This document shows positions 26,001 through 41,000 of a DNA stretch of 64,000 nt, in pieces. Made by a program: the position numbers and the translations under genes. Under the pieces are notes generated by a model. That model was given only the letters and a program-made list of their open reading frames with translations, made no database searches and had not been told where the DNA came from. This stretch comes from Eledone cirrhosa (taxonomy: Eukaryota). Position 1 is the first letter of the stretch, and the number at the start of each line of letters is the position of its first letter. The DNA is taken from the NCBI GenBank assembly GCA_964016885.1, contig OZ024740.1:435984001-436048000 (forward strand). Direction: 5' to 3'.

Positions 26001-29000
26001 ACCACTGGCTACTAGACTCTGTCCTCTGAGGCATTATATATCATCTACCTGTCCCCCACCTTGTGGATTGTCTCTCTCTGTTGACCACTGGCTACTAGAC
26101 TCTGTCCTCTGAGGCATTATATATCATCTACCTGTCCCCCACCTTGTGGATTGTCTCTCTCTGTTGACCACTGGCTACTAGACTCTGTCCTCTGAGACAT
26201 TATATATCATCTATCTGTCACCCACCTTGTGGATTGTCTCTCTCTATTGACCACTGGCTACTAGACTCTGTCCTCTGAGGCATTATATATCATCTACCTG
26301 TCACCCACCTTGTGGATTGTCTCTCTCTGTTGACCACTGGCTACTAGACTGCCCTCTGAGACATTATATATCATCTATCTGTCACCCACCTTGTGGATTG
26401 TCTCCCTCTATTGACCACTGGCTACTAGACTCTGTCCTCTGAGGCATTATATATCATCTATCTGTCACCCACCTTGTGGATTGTCTCTCTCTGTTGACCA
26501 CTGGCTACTAGACTCTGGCCTCTGAGGCATTATATATCATCTACCTGTCACCCACCTTGTGGATTGTCTCTCTCTGTTGACCACTAGCTACTAGACTCTG
26601 TCCTCTGAGACATTATATATCATCTACCTGTCACACACCTTGTGGATTGTCTCTCTCTATTGACCACTGGCTACTAGACTCTGTCCTCTGAGACATTATA
26701 TATCATCTACCTGTCACCCACCTTGTGGATTGTCTCTCTCTGTTGACCACTGGCTACTAGACTCTGTCCTCTGAGACATTATATATCATCTACCTGTCAC
26801 CCACCTTGTGGATTGTCTCTCTCTGTTGACCACTGGCTACTAGACTCTGGCCTCTGAGGCATTATATATCATCTATCTGTCACCCACCTTGTGGATTGTC
26901 TCTCTCTATTGACCACTGGCTACTAGACTCTGGCCTCTGAGACATTATATATCATCTATCTGTCACCCACCTTGTGGATTGTCTCTCTATTGACCACTGG
27001 CTACTAGACTCTGGCCTCTGAGACATTATATATCATCTACCTGTCACCCACCTTGTGGATTGTCTCTCTCTGTTGACCACTGGCTACTAGACTCTGGCCT
27101 CTGAGACATTATATATCATCTATCTGTCACCCACCTTGTGGATTGTCTCTCTCTGTTGACCACTGGCTACTAGACTCTGGCCTCTGAGGCATTATATATC
27201 ATCTATCTGTCACCCACCTTGTGGATTGTCTCTCTCTGTTGACCACTGGCTACTAGACTCTGGCCTCTGAGGCATTATATATCATCTATCTGTCACCCAC
27301 CTTGTGGATTGTCTCTCTCTGTTGACCACTGGCTACTAGACTCTGGCCTCTGAGGCATTATATATCATCTACCTGTCCCCCACCTTGTGGATTGTCTCTC
27401 TCTGTTGACCACTGGCTACTAGACTCTGTCCTCTGAGACATTATATATCATCTATCTGTCACCCACCTTGTGGATTGTCTCTCTCTATTGACCACTGGCT
27501 ACTAGACTCTGTCCTCTGAGGCATTATATATCATCTACCTGTCACCCACCTTGTGGATTGTCTCTCTCTGTTGACCACTGGCTACTAGACTGTCCTCTGA
27601 GACATTATATATCATCTATCTGTCACCCACCTTGTGGATTGTCTCCCTCTATTGACCACTGGCTACTAGACTCTGTCCTCTGAGGCATTATATATCATCT
27701 ATCTGTCACCCACCTTGTGGATTGTCTCTCTCTGTTGACCACTGGCTACTAGACTCTGGCCTCTGAGGCATTATATATCATCTACCTGTCACCCACCTTG
27801 TGGATTGTCTCTCTCTGTTGACCACTAGCTACTAGACTCTGTCCTCTGAGACATTATATATCATCTATCTGTCACCCACCTTGTGGATTGTCTCTCTCTA
27901 TTGACCACTGGCTACTAGACTCTGTCCTCTGAGACATTATATATCATCTACCTGTCACCCACCTTGTGGATTGTCTCTCTCTGTTGACCACTGGCTACTA
28001 GACTCTGTCCTCTGAGACATTATATATCATCTACCTGTCACCCACCTTGTGGATTGTCTCTCTCTGTTGACCACTGGCTACTAGACTCTGTCCTCTGAGA
28101 CATTATATATCATCTACCTGTCACCCACCTTGTGGATTGTCTCTCTCTGTTGACCACTGGCTACTAGACTCTGTCCTCTGAGGCATTATATATCATCTAC
28201 CTGTCCCCCACCTTGTGGATTGTCTCTCTCTGTTGACCACTGGCTACTAGACTCGGTCCTCTGAGGCATTATATATCATCTACCTGTCACCCACCTTGTG
28301 GATTGTCTCTCTCTATTGACCACTGGCTACTAGACTCTGTCCTCTGAGGCATTATATATCATCTATCTGTCACCCACCTTGTGGATTGTCTCTCTCTGTT
28401 GACCACTGGCTACTAGACTCTGTCCTCTGAGACATTATATATCATCTACCTGTCACCCACCTTGTGGATTGTCTCTCTCTGTTGACCACTGGCTACTAGA
28501 CTCTGTCCTCTGAGGCATTATATATCATCTACCTGTCACCCACCTTGTGGATTGTCTCTCTCTGTTGACCACTGGCTACTAGACTCTGTCCTCTGAGGCA
28601 TTATATATCATCTACCTGTCACCCACCTTGTGGATTGTCTCTCTCTGTTGACCACTGGCTACTAGACTCTGTCCTCTGAGACATTATATATCATCTACCT
28701 GTCACCCACCTTGTGGATTGTCTCTCTCTGTTGACCACTGGCTACTAGACTCTGTCCTCTGAGACATTATATATCATCTATCTGTCACCCACCTTGTGGA
28801 TTGTCTCTCTCTGTTGACCACTGGCTACTAGACTCTGTCCTCTGAGGCATTATATATCATCTACCTGTCACCCACCTTGTGGATTGTCTCTCTCTGTTGA
28901 CCACTGGCTACTAGACTCTGTCCTCTGAGACATTATATATCATCTACCTGTCACCCACCTTGTGGATTGTCTCTCTCTGTTGACCACTGGCTACTAGACT

Positions 29001-32000
29001 CTGTCCTCTGAGACATTATATATCGTCTACCTGTCACCCACCTTGTGGATTGTCTCTCTCTGTTGACCACTGGCTACTAGACTCTGTCCTCTGAGACATT
29101 ATATATCATCTATCTGTCACCCACCTTGTGGATTGTCTCTCTCTGTTGACCACTGGCTACTAGACTCTGTCCTCTGAGGCATTATATATCATCTACCTGT
29201 CCCCCACCTTGTGGATTGTCTCTCTCTGTTGACCACTGGCTACTAGACTCTGTCCTCTGAGGCATTATATATCATCTACCTGTCACCCACCTTGTGGATT
29301 GTCTCTCTCTGTTGACCACTGGCTACTAGACTCTGGCCTCTGAGGCATTATATATCATCTACCTGTCACCCACCTTGTGGATTGTCTCTCTCTATTGACC
29401 ACTGGCTACTAGACTCTGTCCTCTGAGACATTATATATCATCTATCTGTCACCCACCTTGTGGATTGTCTCTCTCTGTTGACCACTGGCTACTAGACTCT
29501 GGCCTCTGAGGCATTATATATCATCTACCTGTCCCCCACTTTGTGGATTATCTCTCTGTTGACCACTGGCTACTAGACTCTGGCCTCTGAGGCATTATAT
29601 ATCATCTACCTGTCACCCACCTTGTGGATTGTCTCTCTCTGTTGACCACTGGCTACTAGACTCTGGCCTCTGAGGCATTATATATCATCTACCTGTCACC
29701 CACCTTGTGGATTGTCTCTCCCTGTTGACCACTGGCTACTAGACTCTGTCCTCTGAGACATTATATATCATCTACCTGTCACCACCTTGTGGATTGTCTC
29801 TCTCTGTTGACCACTGGCTACTAGACTCTGGCCTCTGAGGCATTATATATCATCTACCTGTCACCCACCTTGTGGATTGTCTCTCCCTGTTGACCACTGG
29901 CTACTAGACTCTGGCCTCTGAGACATTATATATCATCTACCTGTCCCCCACCTTGTGGATTGTCTCTCTCTGTTGACCACTAGCTACTAGACTCTGGCCT
30001 CTGAGGCATTATATATCATCTACCTGTCACCCACCTTGTGGATTGTCTCTCTCTCTGTTGACCACTGGCTACTAGACTCTGTCCTCTGAGACATTATATA
30101 TCATCTATCTGTCACCCACCTTGTGGATTGTCTCTCTCTGTTGACCACTGGCCGCTGGTCTCTGTCCTCTGAGACAACATTATATATCATCTACCTGTCA
30201 CCCACCTTGTGGATTGTCTCTCTCTGTTGACCACTGGCTACTAGACTCTGTCCTCTGAGGCATTATATATCATCTACCTGTCCCCCACCTTGTGGATTGT
30301 CTCTCTCTGTTGACCACTGGCTACTAGACTCTGTCCTCTGAGGCATTATATATCATCTACCTGTCACCCACCTTGTGGATTGTCTCTCTCTATTGACCAC
30401 TGGCTACTAGACTCTGTCCTCTGAGACATTATATATCATCTACCTGTCACCCACCTTGTGGATTGTCTCTCTCTATTGACCACTGGCTACTAGACTGTCC
30501 TCTGAGACATTATATATCATCTATCTGTCACCCACCTTGTGGATTGTCTCCCTCTATTGACCACTGGCTACTAGACTCTGTCCTCTGAGGCATTATATAT
30601 CATCTACCTGTCACCCACCTTGTGGATTGTCTCTCTCTGTTGACCACTGGCTACTAGACTCTGGCCTCTGAGGCATTATATATCATCTACCTGTCACCCA
30701 CCTTGTGGATTGTCTCTCTCTGTTGACCACTGGCTACTAGACTCTGTCCTCTGAGACATTATATATCATCTACCTGTCCCCCACTTTGTGGATTATCTCT
30801 CTGTTGACCACTGGCTACTAGACTCTGTCCTCTGAGACATTATATATCATCTATCTGTCACCCACCTTGTGGATTGTCTCTCTCTGTTGACCACTGGCTA
30901 CTAGACTCTGGCCTCTGAGGCATTATATATCATCTACCTGTCCCCCACTTTGTGGATTATCTCTCTGTTGACCACTGGCTACTAGACTCTGGCCTCTGAG
31001 GCATTATATATCATCTACCTGTCACCACCTTGTGGATTGTCTCTCTCTGTTGACCACTGGCTACTAGACTCTGGCCTCTGAGACATATATCATCTACCTG
31101 TCCCCCACCTTGTGGATTGTCTCTCTCTGTTGACCACTAGCTACTAGACTCTGGCCTCTGAGGCATTATATATCATCTACCTGTCACCCACCTTGTGGAT
31201 TGTCTCTCTGTTGACCACTGGCTACTAGACTCTGTCCTCTGAGACATTATATATCATCTACCTGTCACCCACCTTGTGGATTGTCTCTCTCTATTGACCA
31301 CTGGCTACTAGACTCTGGCCTCTGAGACATTATATATCATCTACCTGTCACCACCTTGTGGATTGTCTCTCTCTGTTGACCACTGGCTACTAGACTCTGG
31401 CCTCTGAGACATTATATATCATCTACCTGTCCCCCACCTTGTGGATTGTCTCTCTCTGTTGACCACTAGCTACTAGACTCTGGCCTCTGAGGCATTATAT
31501 ATCATCTACCTGTCACCCACCTTGTGGATTGTCTCTCTCTGTTGACCACTGGCTACTAGACTCTGTCCTCTGAGACATTATATATCATCTATCTGTCACC
31601 CACCTTGTGGATTGTCTCTCTCTGTTGACCACTGGCCGCTGGTCTCTGTCCTCTGAGACATTATATATCATCTACCTGTCACCCACCTTGTGGATTGTTT
31701 CTCTCTATTGACCACTGGCTACTAGACTGTCCTCTGAGACATTATATATCATCTATCTGTCACCCACCTTGTGGATTGTCTCCCTCTATTGACCACTGGC
31801 TACTAGACTCTGTCCTCTGAGGCATTATATATCATCTACCTGTCCCCCACCTTGTGGATTGTCTCTCTCTGTTGACCACTGGCTACTAGACTCTGTCCTC
31901 TGAGGCATTATATATCATCTACCTGTCCCCCACCTTGTGGATTGTCTCTCTCTGTTGACCACTGGCTACTAGACTCTGTCCTCTGAGACATTATATATCA

Positions 32001-35000
32001 TCTATCTGTCACCCACCTTGTGGATTGTCTCTCTCTATTGACCACTGGCTACTAGACTCTGTCCTCTGAGGCATTATATATCATCTACCTGTCACCCACC
32101 TTGTGGATTGTCTCTCTCTGTTGACCACTGGCTACTAGACTGCCCTCTGAGACATTATATATCATCTATCTGTCACCCACCTTGTGGATTGTCTCCCTCT
32201 ATTGACCACTGGCTACTAGACTCTGTCCTCTGAGGCATTATATATCATCTATCTGTCACCCACCTTGTGGATTGTCTCTCTCTGTTGACCACTGGCTACT
32301 AGACTCTGGCCTCTGAGGCATTATATATCATCTACCTGTCACCCACCTTGTGGATTGTCTCTCTCTGTTGACCACTAGCTACTAGACTCTGTCCTCTGAG
32401 ACATTATATATCATCTACCTGTCACACACCTTGTGGATTGTCTCTCTCTATTGACCACTGGCTACTAGACTCTGTCCTCTGAGACATTATATATCATCTA
32501 CCTGTCACCCACCTTGTGGATTGTCTCTCTCTGTTGACCACTGGCTACTAGACTCTGTCCTCTGAGACATTATATATCATCTACCTGTCACCCACCTTGT
32601 GGATTGTCTCTCTCTGTTGACCACTGGCTACTAGACTCTGGCCTCTGAGGCATTATATATCATCTATCTGTCACCCACCTTGTGGATTGTCTCTCTCTAT
32701 TGACCACTGGCTACTAGACTCTGGCCTCTGAGACATTATATATCATCTACCTGTCACCCACCTTGTGGATTGTCTCTCTCTATTGACCACTGGCTACTAG
32801 ACTCTGGCCTCTGAGACATTATATATCATCTACCTGTCACCCACCTTGTGGATTGTCTCTCTCTGTTGACCACTGGCTACTAGACTCTGGCCTCTGAGAC
32901 ATTATATATCATCTATCTGTCACCCACCTTGTGGATTGTCTCTCTCTGTTGACCACTGGCTACTAGACTCTGGCCTCTGAGGCATTATATATCATCTATC
33001 TGTCACCCACCTTGTGGATTGTCTCTCTCTGTTGACCACTGGCTACTAGACTCTGGCCTCTGAGGCATTATATATCATCTATCTGTCACCCACCTTGTGG
33101 ATTGTCTCTCTCTGTTGACCACTGGCTACTAGACTCTGGCCTCTGAGGCATTATATATCATCTACCTGTCCCCCACCTTGTGGATTGTCTCTCTCTGTTG
33201 ACCACTGGCTACTAGACTCTGTCCTCTGAGACATTATATATCATCTATCTGTCACCCACCTTGTGGATTGTCTCTCTCTATTGACCACTGGCTACTAGAC
33301 TCTGTCCTCTGAGGCATTATATATCATCTACCTGTCACCCACCTTGTGGATTGTCTCTCTCTGTTGACCACTGGCTACTAGACTGTCCTCTGAGACATTA
33401 TATATCATCTATCTGTCACCCACCTTGTGGATTGTCTCCCTCTATTGACCACTGGCTACTAGACTCTGTCCTCTGAGGCATTATATATCATCTATCTGTC
33501 ACCCACCTTGTGGATTGTCTCTCTCTGTTGACCACTGGCTACTAGACTCTGGCCTCTGAGGCATTATATATCATCTACCTGTCACCCACCTTGTGGATTG
33601 TCTCTCTCTGTTGACCACTAGCTACTAGACTCTGTCCTCTGAGACATTATATATCATCTACCTGTCACACACCTTGTGGATTGTCTCTCTCTGTTGACCA
33701 CTGGCTACTAGACTCTGTCCTCTGAGACATTATATATCATCTATCTGTCACCCACCTTGTGGATTGTCTCTCTCTATTGACCACTGGCTACTAGACTCTG
33801 TCCTCTGAGACATTATATATCATCTACCTGTCACCCACCTTGTGGATTGTCTCTCTCTGTTGACCACTGGCTACTAGACTCTGTCCTCTGAGACATTATA
33901 TATCATCTACCTGTCACCCACCTTGTGGATTGTCTCTCTCTGTTGACCACTGGCTACTAGACTCTGTCCTCTGAGACATTATATATCATCTACCTGTCAC
34001 CCACCTTGTGGATTGTCTCTCTCTGTTGACCACTGGCTACTAGACTCTGTCCTCTGAGGCATTATATATCATCTACCTGTCCCCCACCTTGTGGATTGTC
34101 TCTCTCTGTTGACCACTGGCTACTAGACTCGGTCCTCTGAGGCATTATATATCATCTACCTGTCACCCACCTTGTGGATTGTCTCTCTCTATTGACCACT
34201 GGCTACTAGACTCTGTCCTCTGAGGCATTATATATCATCTATCTGTCACCCACCTTGTGGATTGTCTCTCTCTGTTGACCACTGGCTACTAGACTCTGTC
34301 CTCTGAGACATTATATATCATCTACCTGTCACCCACCTTGTGGATTGTCTCTCTCTGTTGACCACTGGCTACTAGACTCTGTCCTCTGAGGCATTATATA
34401 TCATCTACCTGTCACCCACCTTGTGGATTGTCTCTCTCTGTTGACCACTGGCTACTAGACTCTGTCCTCTGAGGCATTATATATCATCTACCTGTCACCC
34501 ACCTTGTGGATTGTCTCTCTCTGTTGACCACTGGCTACTAGACTCTGTCCTCTGAGACATTATATATCATCTACCTGTCACCCACCTTGTGGATTGTCTC
34601 TCTGTTGACCACTGGCTACTAGACTCTGTCCTCTGAGACATTATATATCATCTATCTGTCACCCACCTTGTGGATTGTCTCTCTCTGTTGACCACTGGCT
34701 ACTAGACTCTGTCCTCTGAGGCATTATATATCATCTACCTGTCACCCACCTTGTGGATTGTCTCTCTCTGTTGACCACTGGCTACTAGACTCTGTCCTCT
34801 GAGACATTATATATCATCTACCTGTCACCCACCTTGTGGATTGTCTCTCTCTGTTGACCACTGGCTACTAGACTCTGTCCTCTGAGACATTATATATCGT
34901 CTACCTGTCACCCACCTTGTGGATTGTCTCTCTCTGTTGACCACTGGCTACTAGACTCTGTCCTCTGAGACATTATATATCATCTATCTGTCACCCACCT

Positions 35001-38000
35001 TGTGGATTGTCTCTCTCTGTTGACCACTGGCTACTAGACTCTGTCCTCTGAGGCATTATATATCATCTACCTGTCCCCCACCTTGTGGATTGTCTCTCTC
35101 TGTTGACCACTGGCTACTAGACTCTGTCCTCTGAGGCATTATATATCATCTACCTGTCACCCACCTTGTGGATTGTCTCTCTCTGTTGACCACTGGCTAC
35201 TAGACTCTGGCCTCTGAGGCATTATATATCATCTACCTGTCACCCACCTTGTGGATTGTCTCTCTCTATTGACCACTGGCTACTAGACTCTGTCCTCTGA
35301 GACATTATATATCATCTATCTGTCACCCACCTTGTGGATTGTCTCTCTCTGTTGACCACTGGCTACTAGACTCTGGCCTCTGAGGCATTATATATCATCT
35401 ACCTGTCCCCCACTTTGTGGATTATCTCTCTGTTGACCACTGGCTACTAGACTCTGGCCTCTGAGGCATTATATATCATCTACCTGTCACCCACCTTGTG
35501 GATTGTCTCTCTCTGTTGACCACTGGCTACTAGACTCTGGCCTCTGAGGCATTATATATCATCTACCTGTCACCCACCTTGTGGATTGTCTCTCCCTGTT
35601 GACCACTGGCTACTAGACTCTGTCCTCTGAGACATTATATATCATCTACCTGTCACCACCTTGTGGATTGTCTCTCTCTGTTGACCACTGGCTACTAGAC
35701 TCTGGCCTCTGAGGCATTATATATCATCTACCTGTCACCCACCTTGTGGATTGTCTCTCCCTGTTGACCACTGGCTACTAGACTCTGGCCTCTGAGACAT
35801 TATATATCATCTACCTGTCCCCCACCTTGTGGATTGTCTCTCTCTGTTGACCACTAGCTACTAGACTCTGGCCTCTGAGGCATTATATATCATCTACCTG
35901 TCACCCACCTTGTGGATTGTCTCTCTCTCTGTTGACCACTGGCTACTAGACTCTGTCCTCTGAGACATTATATATCATCTATCTGTCACCCACCTTGTGG
36001 ATTGTCTCTCTCTGTTGACCACTGGCCGCTGGTCTCTGTCCTCTGAGACAACATTATATATCATCTACCTGTCACCCACCTTGTGGATTGTCTCTCTCTG
36101 TTGACCACTGGCTACTAGACTCTGTCCTCTGAGGCATTATATATCATCTACCTGTCCCCCACCTTGTGGATTGTCTCTCTCTGTTGACCACTGGCTACTA
36201 GACTCTGTCCTCTGAGGCATTATATATCATCTACCTGTCACCCACCTTGTGGATTGTCTCTCTCTATTGACCACTGGCTACTAGACTCTGTCCTCTGAGA
36301 CATTATATATCATCTACCTGTCACCCACCTTGTGGATTGTCTCTCTCTATTGACCACTGGCTACTAGACTGTCCTCTGAGACATTATATATCATCTATCT
36401 GTCACCCACCTTGTGGATTGTCTCCCTCTATTGACCACTGGCTACTAGACTCTGTCCTCTGAGGCATTATATATCATCTACCTGTCACCCACCTTGTGGA
36501 TTGTCTCTCTCTGTTGACCACTGGCTACTAGACTCTGGCCTCTGAGGCATTATATATCATCTACCTGTCACCCACCTTGTGGATTGTCTCTCTCTGTTGA
36601 CCACTGGCTACTAGACTCTGTCCTCTGAGACATTATATATCATCTACCTGTCCCCCACTTTGTGGATTATCTCTCTGTTGACCACTGGCTACTAGACTCT
36701 GTCCTCTGAGACATTATATATCATCTATCTGTCACCCACCTTGTGGATTGTCTCTCTCTGTTGACCACTGGCTACTAGACTCTGGCCTCTGAGGCATTAT
36801 ATATCATCTACCTGTCCCCCACTTTGTGGATTATCTCTCTGTTGACCACTGGCTACTAGACTCTGGCCTCTGAGGCATTATATATCATCTACCTGTCACC
36901 ACCTTGTGGATTGTCTCTCTCTGTTGACCACTGGCTACTAGACTCTGGCCTCTGAGACATATATCATCTACCTGTCCCCCACCTTGTGGATTGTCTCTCT
37001 CTGTTGACCACTAGCTACTAGACTCTGGCCTCTGAGGCATTATATATCATCTACCTGTCACCCACCTTGTGGATTGTCTCTCTGTTGACCACTGGCTACT
37101 AGACTCTGTCCTCTGAGACATTATATATCATCTACCTGTCACCCACCTTGTGGATTGTCTCTCTCTGTTGACCACTGGCTACTAGACTCTGTCCTCTGAG
37201 ACATTATATATCATCTACCTGTCACCCACCTTGTGGATTGTCTCTCTCTGTTGACCACTGGCTACTAGACTCTGTCCTCTGAGGCATTATATATCATCTA
37301 CCTGTCCCCCACTTTGTGGATTATCTCCCTGTTGACCACTGGCTACTAGACTCTGGCCTCTGAGGCATTATATATCATCTACCTGTCACCCACCTTGTGG
37401 ATTGTCTCTCTCTGTTGACCACTGGCTACTAGACTCTGTCCTCTGAGACATTATATATCATCTACCTGTCACCCACCTTGTGGATTGTCTCTCTCTGTTG
37501 ACCACTGGCTACTAGACTCTGTCTTCTGAGACATATATCATCTACCTGTCACCCACCTTGTGGATTGTCTCTCTCTGTTGACCACTGGCTACTAGACTCT
37601 GTCCTCTGAGACATTATATATCATCTACCTGTCACCCACCTTGTGGATTGTCTCTCTCTGTTGACCACTGGCTACTAGACTCTGTCTTCTGAGACATTAT
37701 ATATCATCTACCTGTCACCCACCTTGTGGATTGTCTCTCTCTGTTGACCACTGGCTACTAGACTCTGTCCTCTGAGACATTATATATCATCTACCTGTCA
37801 CCCACCTTGTGGATTGTCTCTCTCTGTTCACCGCTGGCTACTAGACTCTGTCCTCTGAGACATTATATATCATCTATCTGTCACCCACCTTGTGGATTGT
37901 CTCTCTCTATTGACCACTGGCTACTAGACTCTGTCCTCTGAGACATTATATATCATCTATCTGTCACCCACCTTGTGGATTGTCTCTCTCTGTTGACCAC

Positions 38001-41000
38001 TGGCTACTAGACTCTGTCCTCTGAGACATTATATATCATCTATCTGTCACCCACCTTGTGGATTGTCTCTCTCTATTGACCACTGGCTACTAGACTCTGT
38101 CCTCTGAGACATTATATATCATCTATCTGTCACCCACCTTGTGGATTGTCTCTCTCTGTTGACCACTGGCTACTAGACTCTGTCCTCTGAGACATTATAT
38201 ATCATCTACCTGTCACCCACCTTGTGGATTGTCTCTCTCTGTTGACCACTGGCTACTAGACTCTGTCCTCTGAGACATTATATATCATCTACCTGTCACC
38301 CACCTTGTGGATTGTCTCTCTCTATTGACCACTGGCTACTAGACTCTGTCCTCTGAGACATTATATATCATCTACCTGTCACCCACCTTGTGGATTGTCT
38401 CTCTCTGTTGACCACTGGCTACTAGACTCTGTCCTCTGAGACATTATATATCATCTATCTGTCACCCACCTTGTGGATTGTCTCTCTCTATTGACCACTG
38501 GCTACTAGACTCTGTCCTCTGAGACATTATATATCATCTATCTGTCACCCACCTTGTGGATTGTCTCTCTCTGTTGACCACTGGCTACTAGACTCTGTCC
38601 TCTGAGACATTATATATCATCTACCTGTCACCCACCTTGTGGATTGTCTCTCTCTGTTGACCACTGGCTACTAGACTCTGTCCTCTGAGACATTATATAT
38701 CATCTACCTGTCACCCACCTTGTGGATTGTCTCTCTCTATTGACCACTGGCTACTAGACTCTGTCCTCTGAGACATTATATATCATCTACCTGTCACCCA
38801 CCTTGTGGATTGTCTCTCTCTGTTGACCACTGGCTACTAGACTCTGTCCTCTGAGACATTATATATCATCTATCTGTCACCCACCTTGTGGATTGTCTCT
38901 CTCTATTGACCACTGGCTACTAGACTCTGTCCTCTGAGACATTATATATCATCTATCTGTCACCCACCTTGTGGATTGTCTCTCTCTGTTGACCACTGGC
39001 TACTAGACTCTGTCCTCTGAGACATTATATATCATCTACCTGTCACCCACCTTGTGGATTGTCTCTCTCTGTTGACCACTGGCTACTAGACTCTGTCCTC
39101 TGAGACATTATATATCATCTACCTGTCACCCACCTTGTGGATTGTCTCTCTCTATTGACCACTGGCTACTAGACTCTGTCCTCTGAGACATTATATATCA
39201 TCTACCTGTCACCCACCTTGTGGATTGTCTCTCTCTGTTGACCACTGGCTACTAGACTCTGTCCTCTGAGACATTATATATCATCTATCTGTCACCCACC
39301 TTGTGGATTGTCTCTCTCTATTGACCACTGGCTACTAGACTCTGTCCTCTGAGACATTATATATCATCTATCTGTCACCCACCTTGTGGATTGTCTCTCT
39401 CTATTGACCACTGGCTACTAGACTCTGTCCTCTGAGACATTATATATCATCTACCTGTCACCCACCTTGTGGATTGTCTCTCTCTATTGACCACTGGCTA
39501 CTAGACTCTGTCCTCTGAGACATTATATATCATCTATCTGTCACCCACCTTGTGGATTGTCTCTCTCTATTGACCACTGGCTACTAGACTCGGTCCTCTG
39601 AGACATTATATATCATCTATCTGTCACCCACCTTGTGGATTGTCTCTCTCTGTTGACCACTGGCTACTAGACTCTGTCCTCTGAGACATTATATATCATC
39701 TATCTGTCACCCACCTTGTGGATTGTCTCCCTGTTGACCACTGGCTACTAGACTCTGTCCTCTGAGACATTATATATCATCTACCTGTCACCCACCTTGT
39801 GGATTAATTCTCTCTATTGACCACTGGCTACTAGACTCTGTCCTCTGAGGCATTATATTTCATCTGCTTGTCACCCACCTTGTGGATTGTCTCTCTCTAT
39901 TGACCACTGGCTACTAGACTCTGGCCTCTGAGACATTATATATCATCTATCTGTCACCCACCTTGTGGATTGTCTCTCTCTGTTGACCACTGGCTACTAG
40001 ACTCTGTCCTCTGAGACATTATATATCATCTACCTGTCACCCACCTTGTGGATTGTCTCTCTCTGTTGACCACTGGCTACTAGACTCTGTCCTCTGAGAC
40101 ATTATATATCATCTACCTGTCACCCACCTTGTGGATTGTCTCTCTCTGTTGACCACTGGCTACTAGACTCTGTCCTCTGAGACATTATATATCATCTACC
40201 TGTCCCCCACTTTGTGGATTGTCTCTCTCTGTTGACCACTGGCTACTAGACTCTGGCCTCTGAGACATTATATATCATCTATCTGTCACCCACCTTGTGG
40301 ATTGTCTCTCTCTGTTGACCACTGGCTACTAGACTCTGGCCTCTGAGACATTATATATCATCTACCTGTCCCCCACTTTGTGGATTATCTCCCTGTTGAC
40401 CACTGGCTACTAGACTCTGGCCTCTGAGACATTATATATCATCTATCTGTCACCCACCTTGTGGATTGTCTCTCTCTGTTGACCACTGGCTACTAGACTC
40501 TGTCCTCTGAGACATATATCGTCTACCTGTCACCCACCTTGTGGATTGTCTCTCTCTGTTGACCACTGGCTACTAGACTCTGTCCTCTGAGGCATTATAT
40601 ATCATCTACCTGTCCCCCACTTTGTGGATTATCTCCCTGTTGACCACTGGCTACTAGACTCTGGCCTCTGAGACATTATATATCATCTATCTGTCACCCA
40701 CCTTGTGGATTGTCTTTCTCTGTTGACCACTGGCTACTAGACTCTGTCCTCTGAGGCATTATATATCATCTACCTGTCCCCCACTTTGTGGATTGTCTCT
40801 CTCTGTTGACCACTGGCTACTAGACTCTGGCCTCTGAGGCATTATATATCATCTACCTGTCACCCACCTTGTGGATTGTCTCTCTCTATTAACCACTGGC
40901 TACTAGACTCTGTCCTCTGAGGCATTATATATCATCTACCTGTCACCCACCTTGTGTATTGTCTCTCTCTATTGACCACTGGCTACGAGACTCTGTCCTC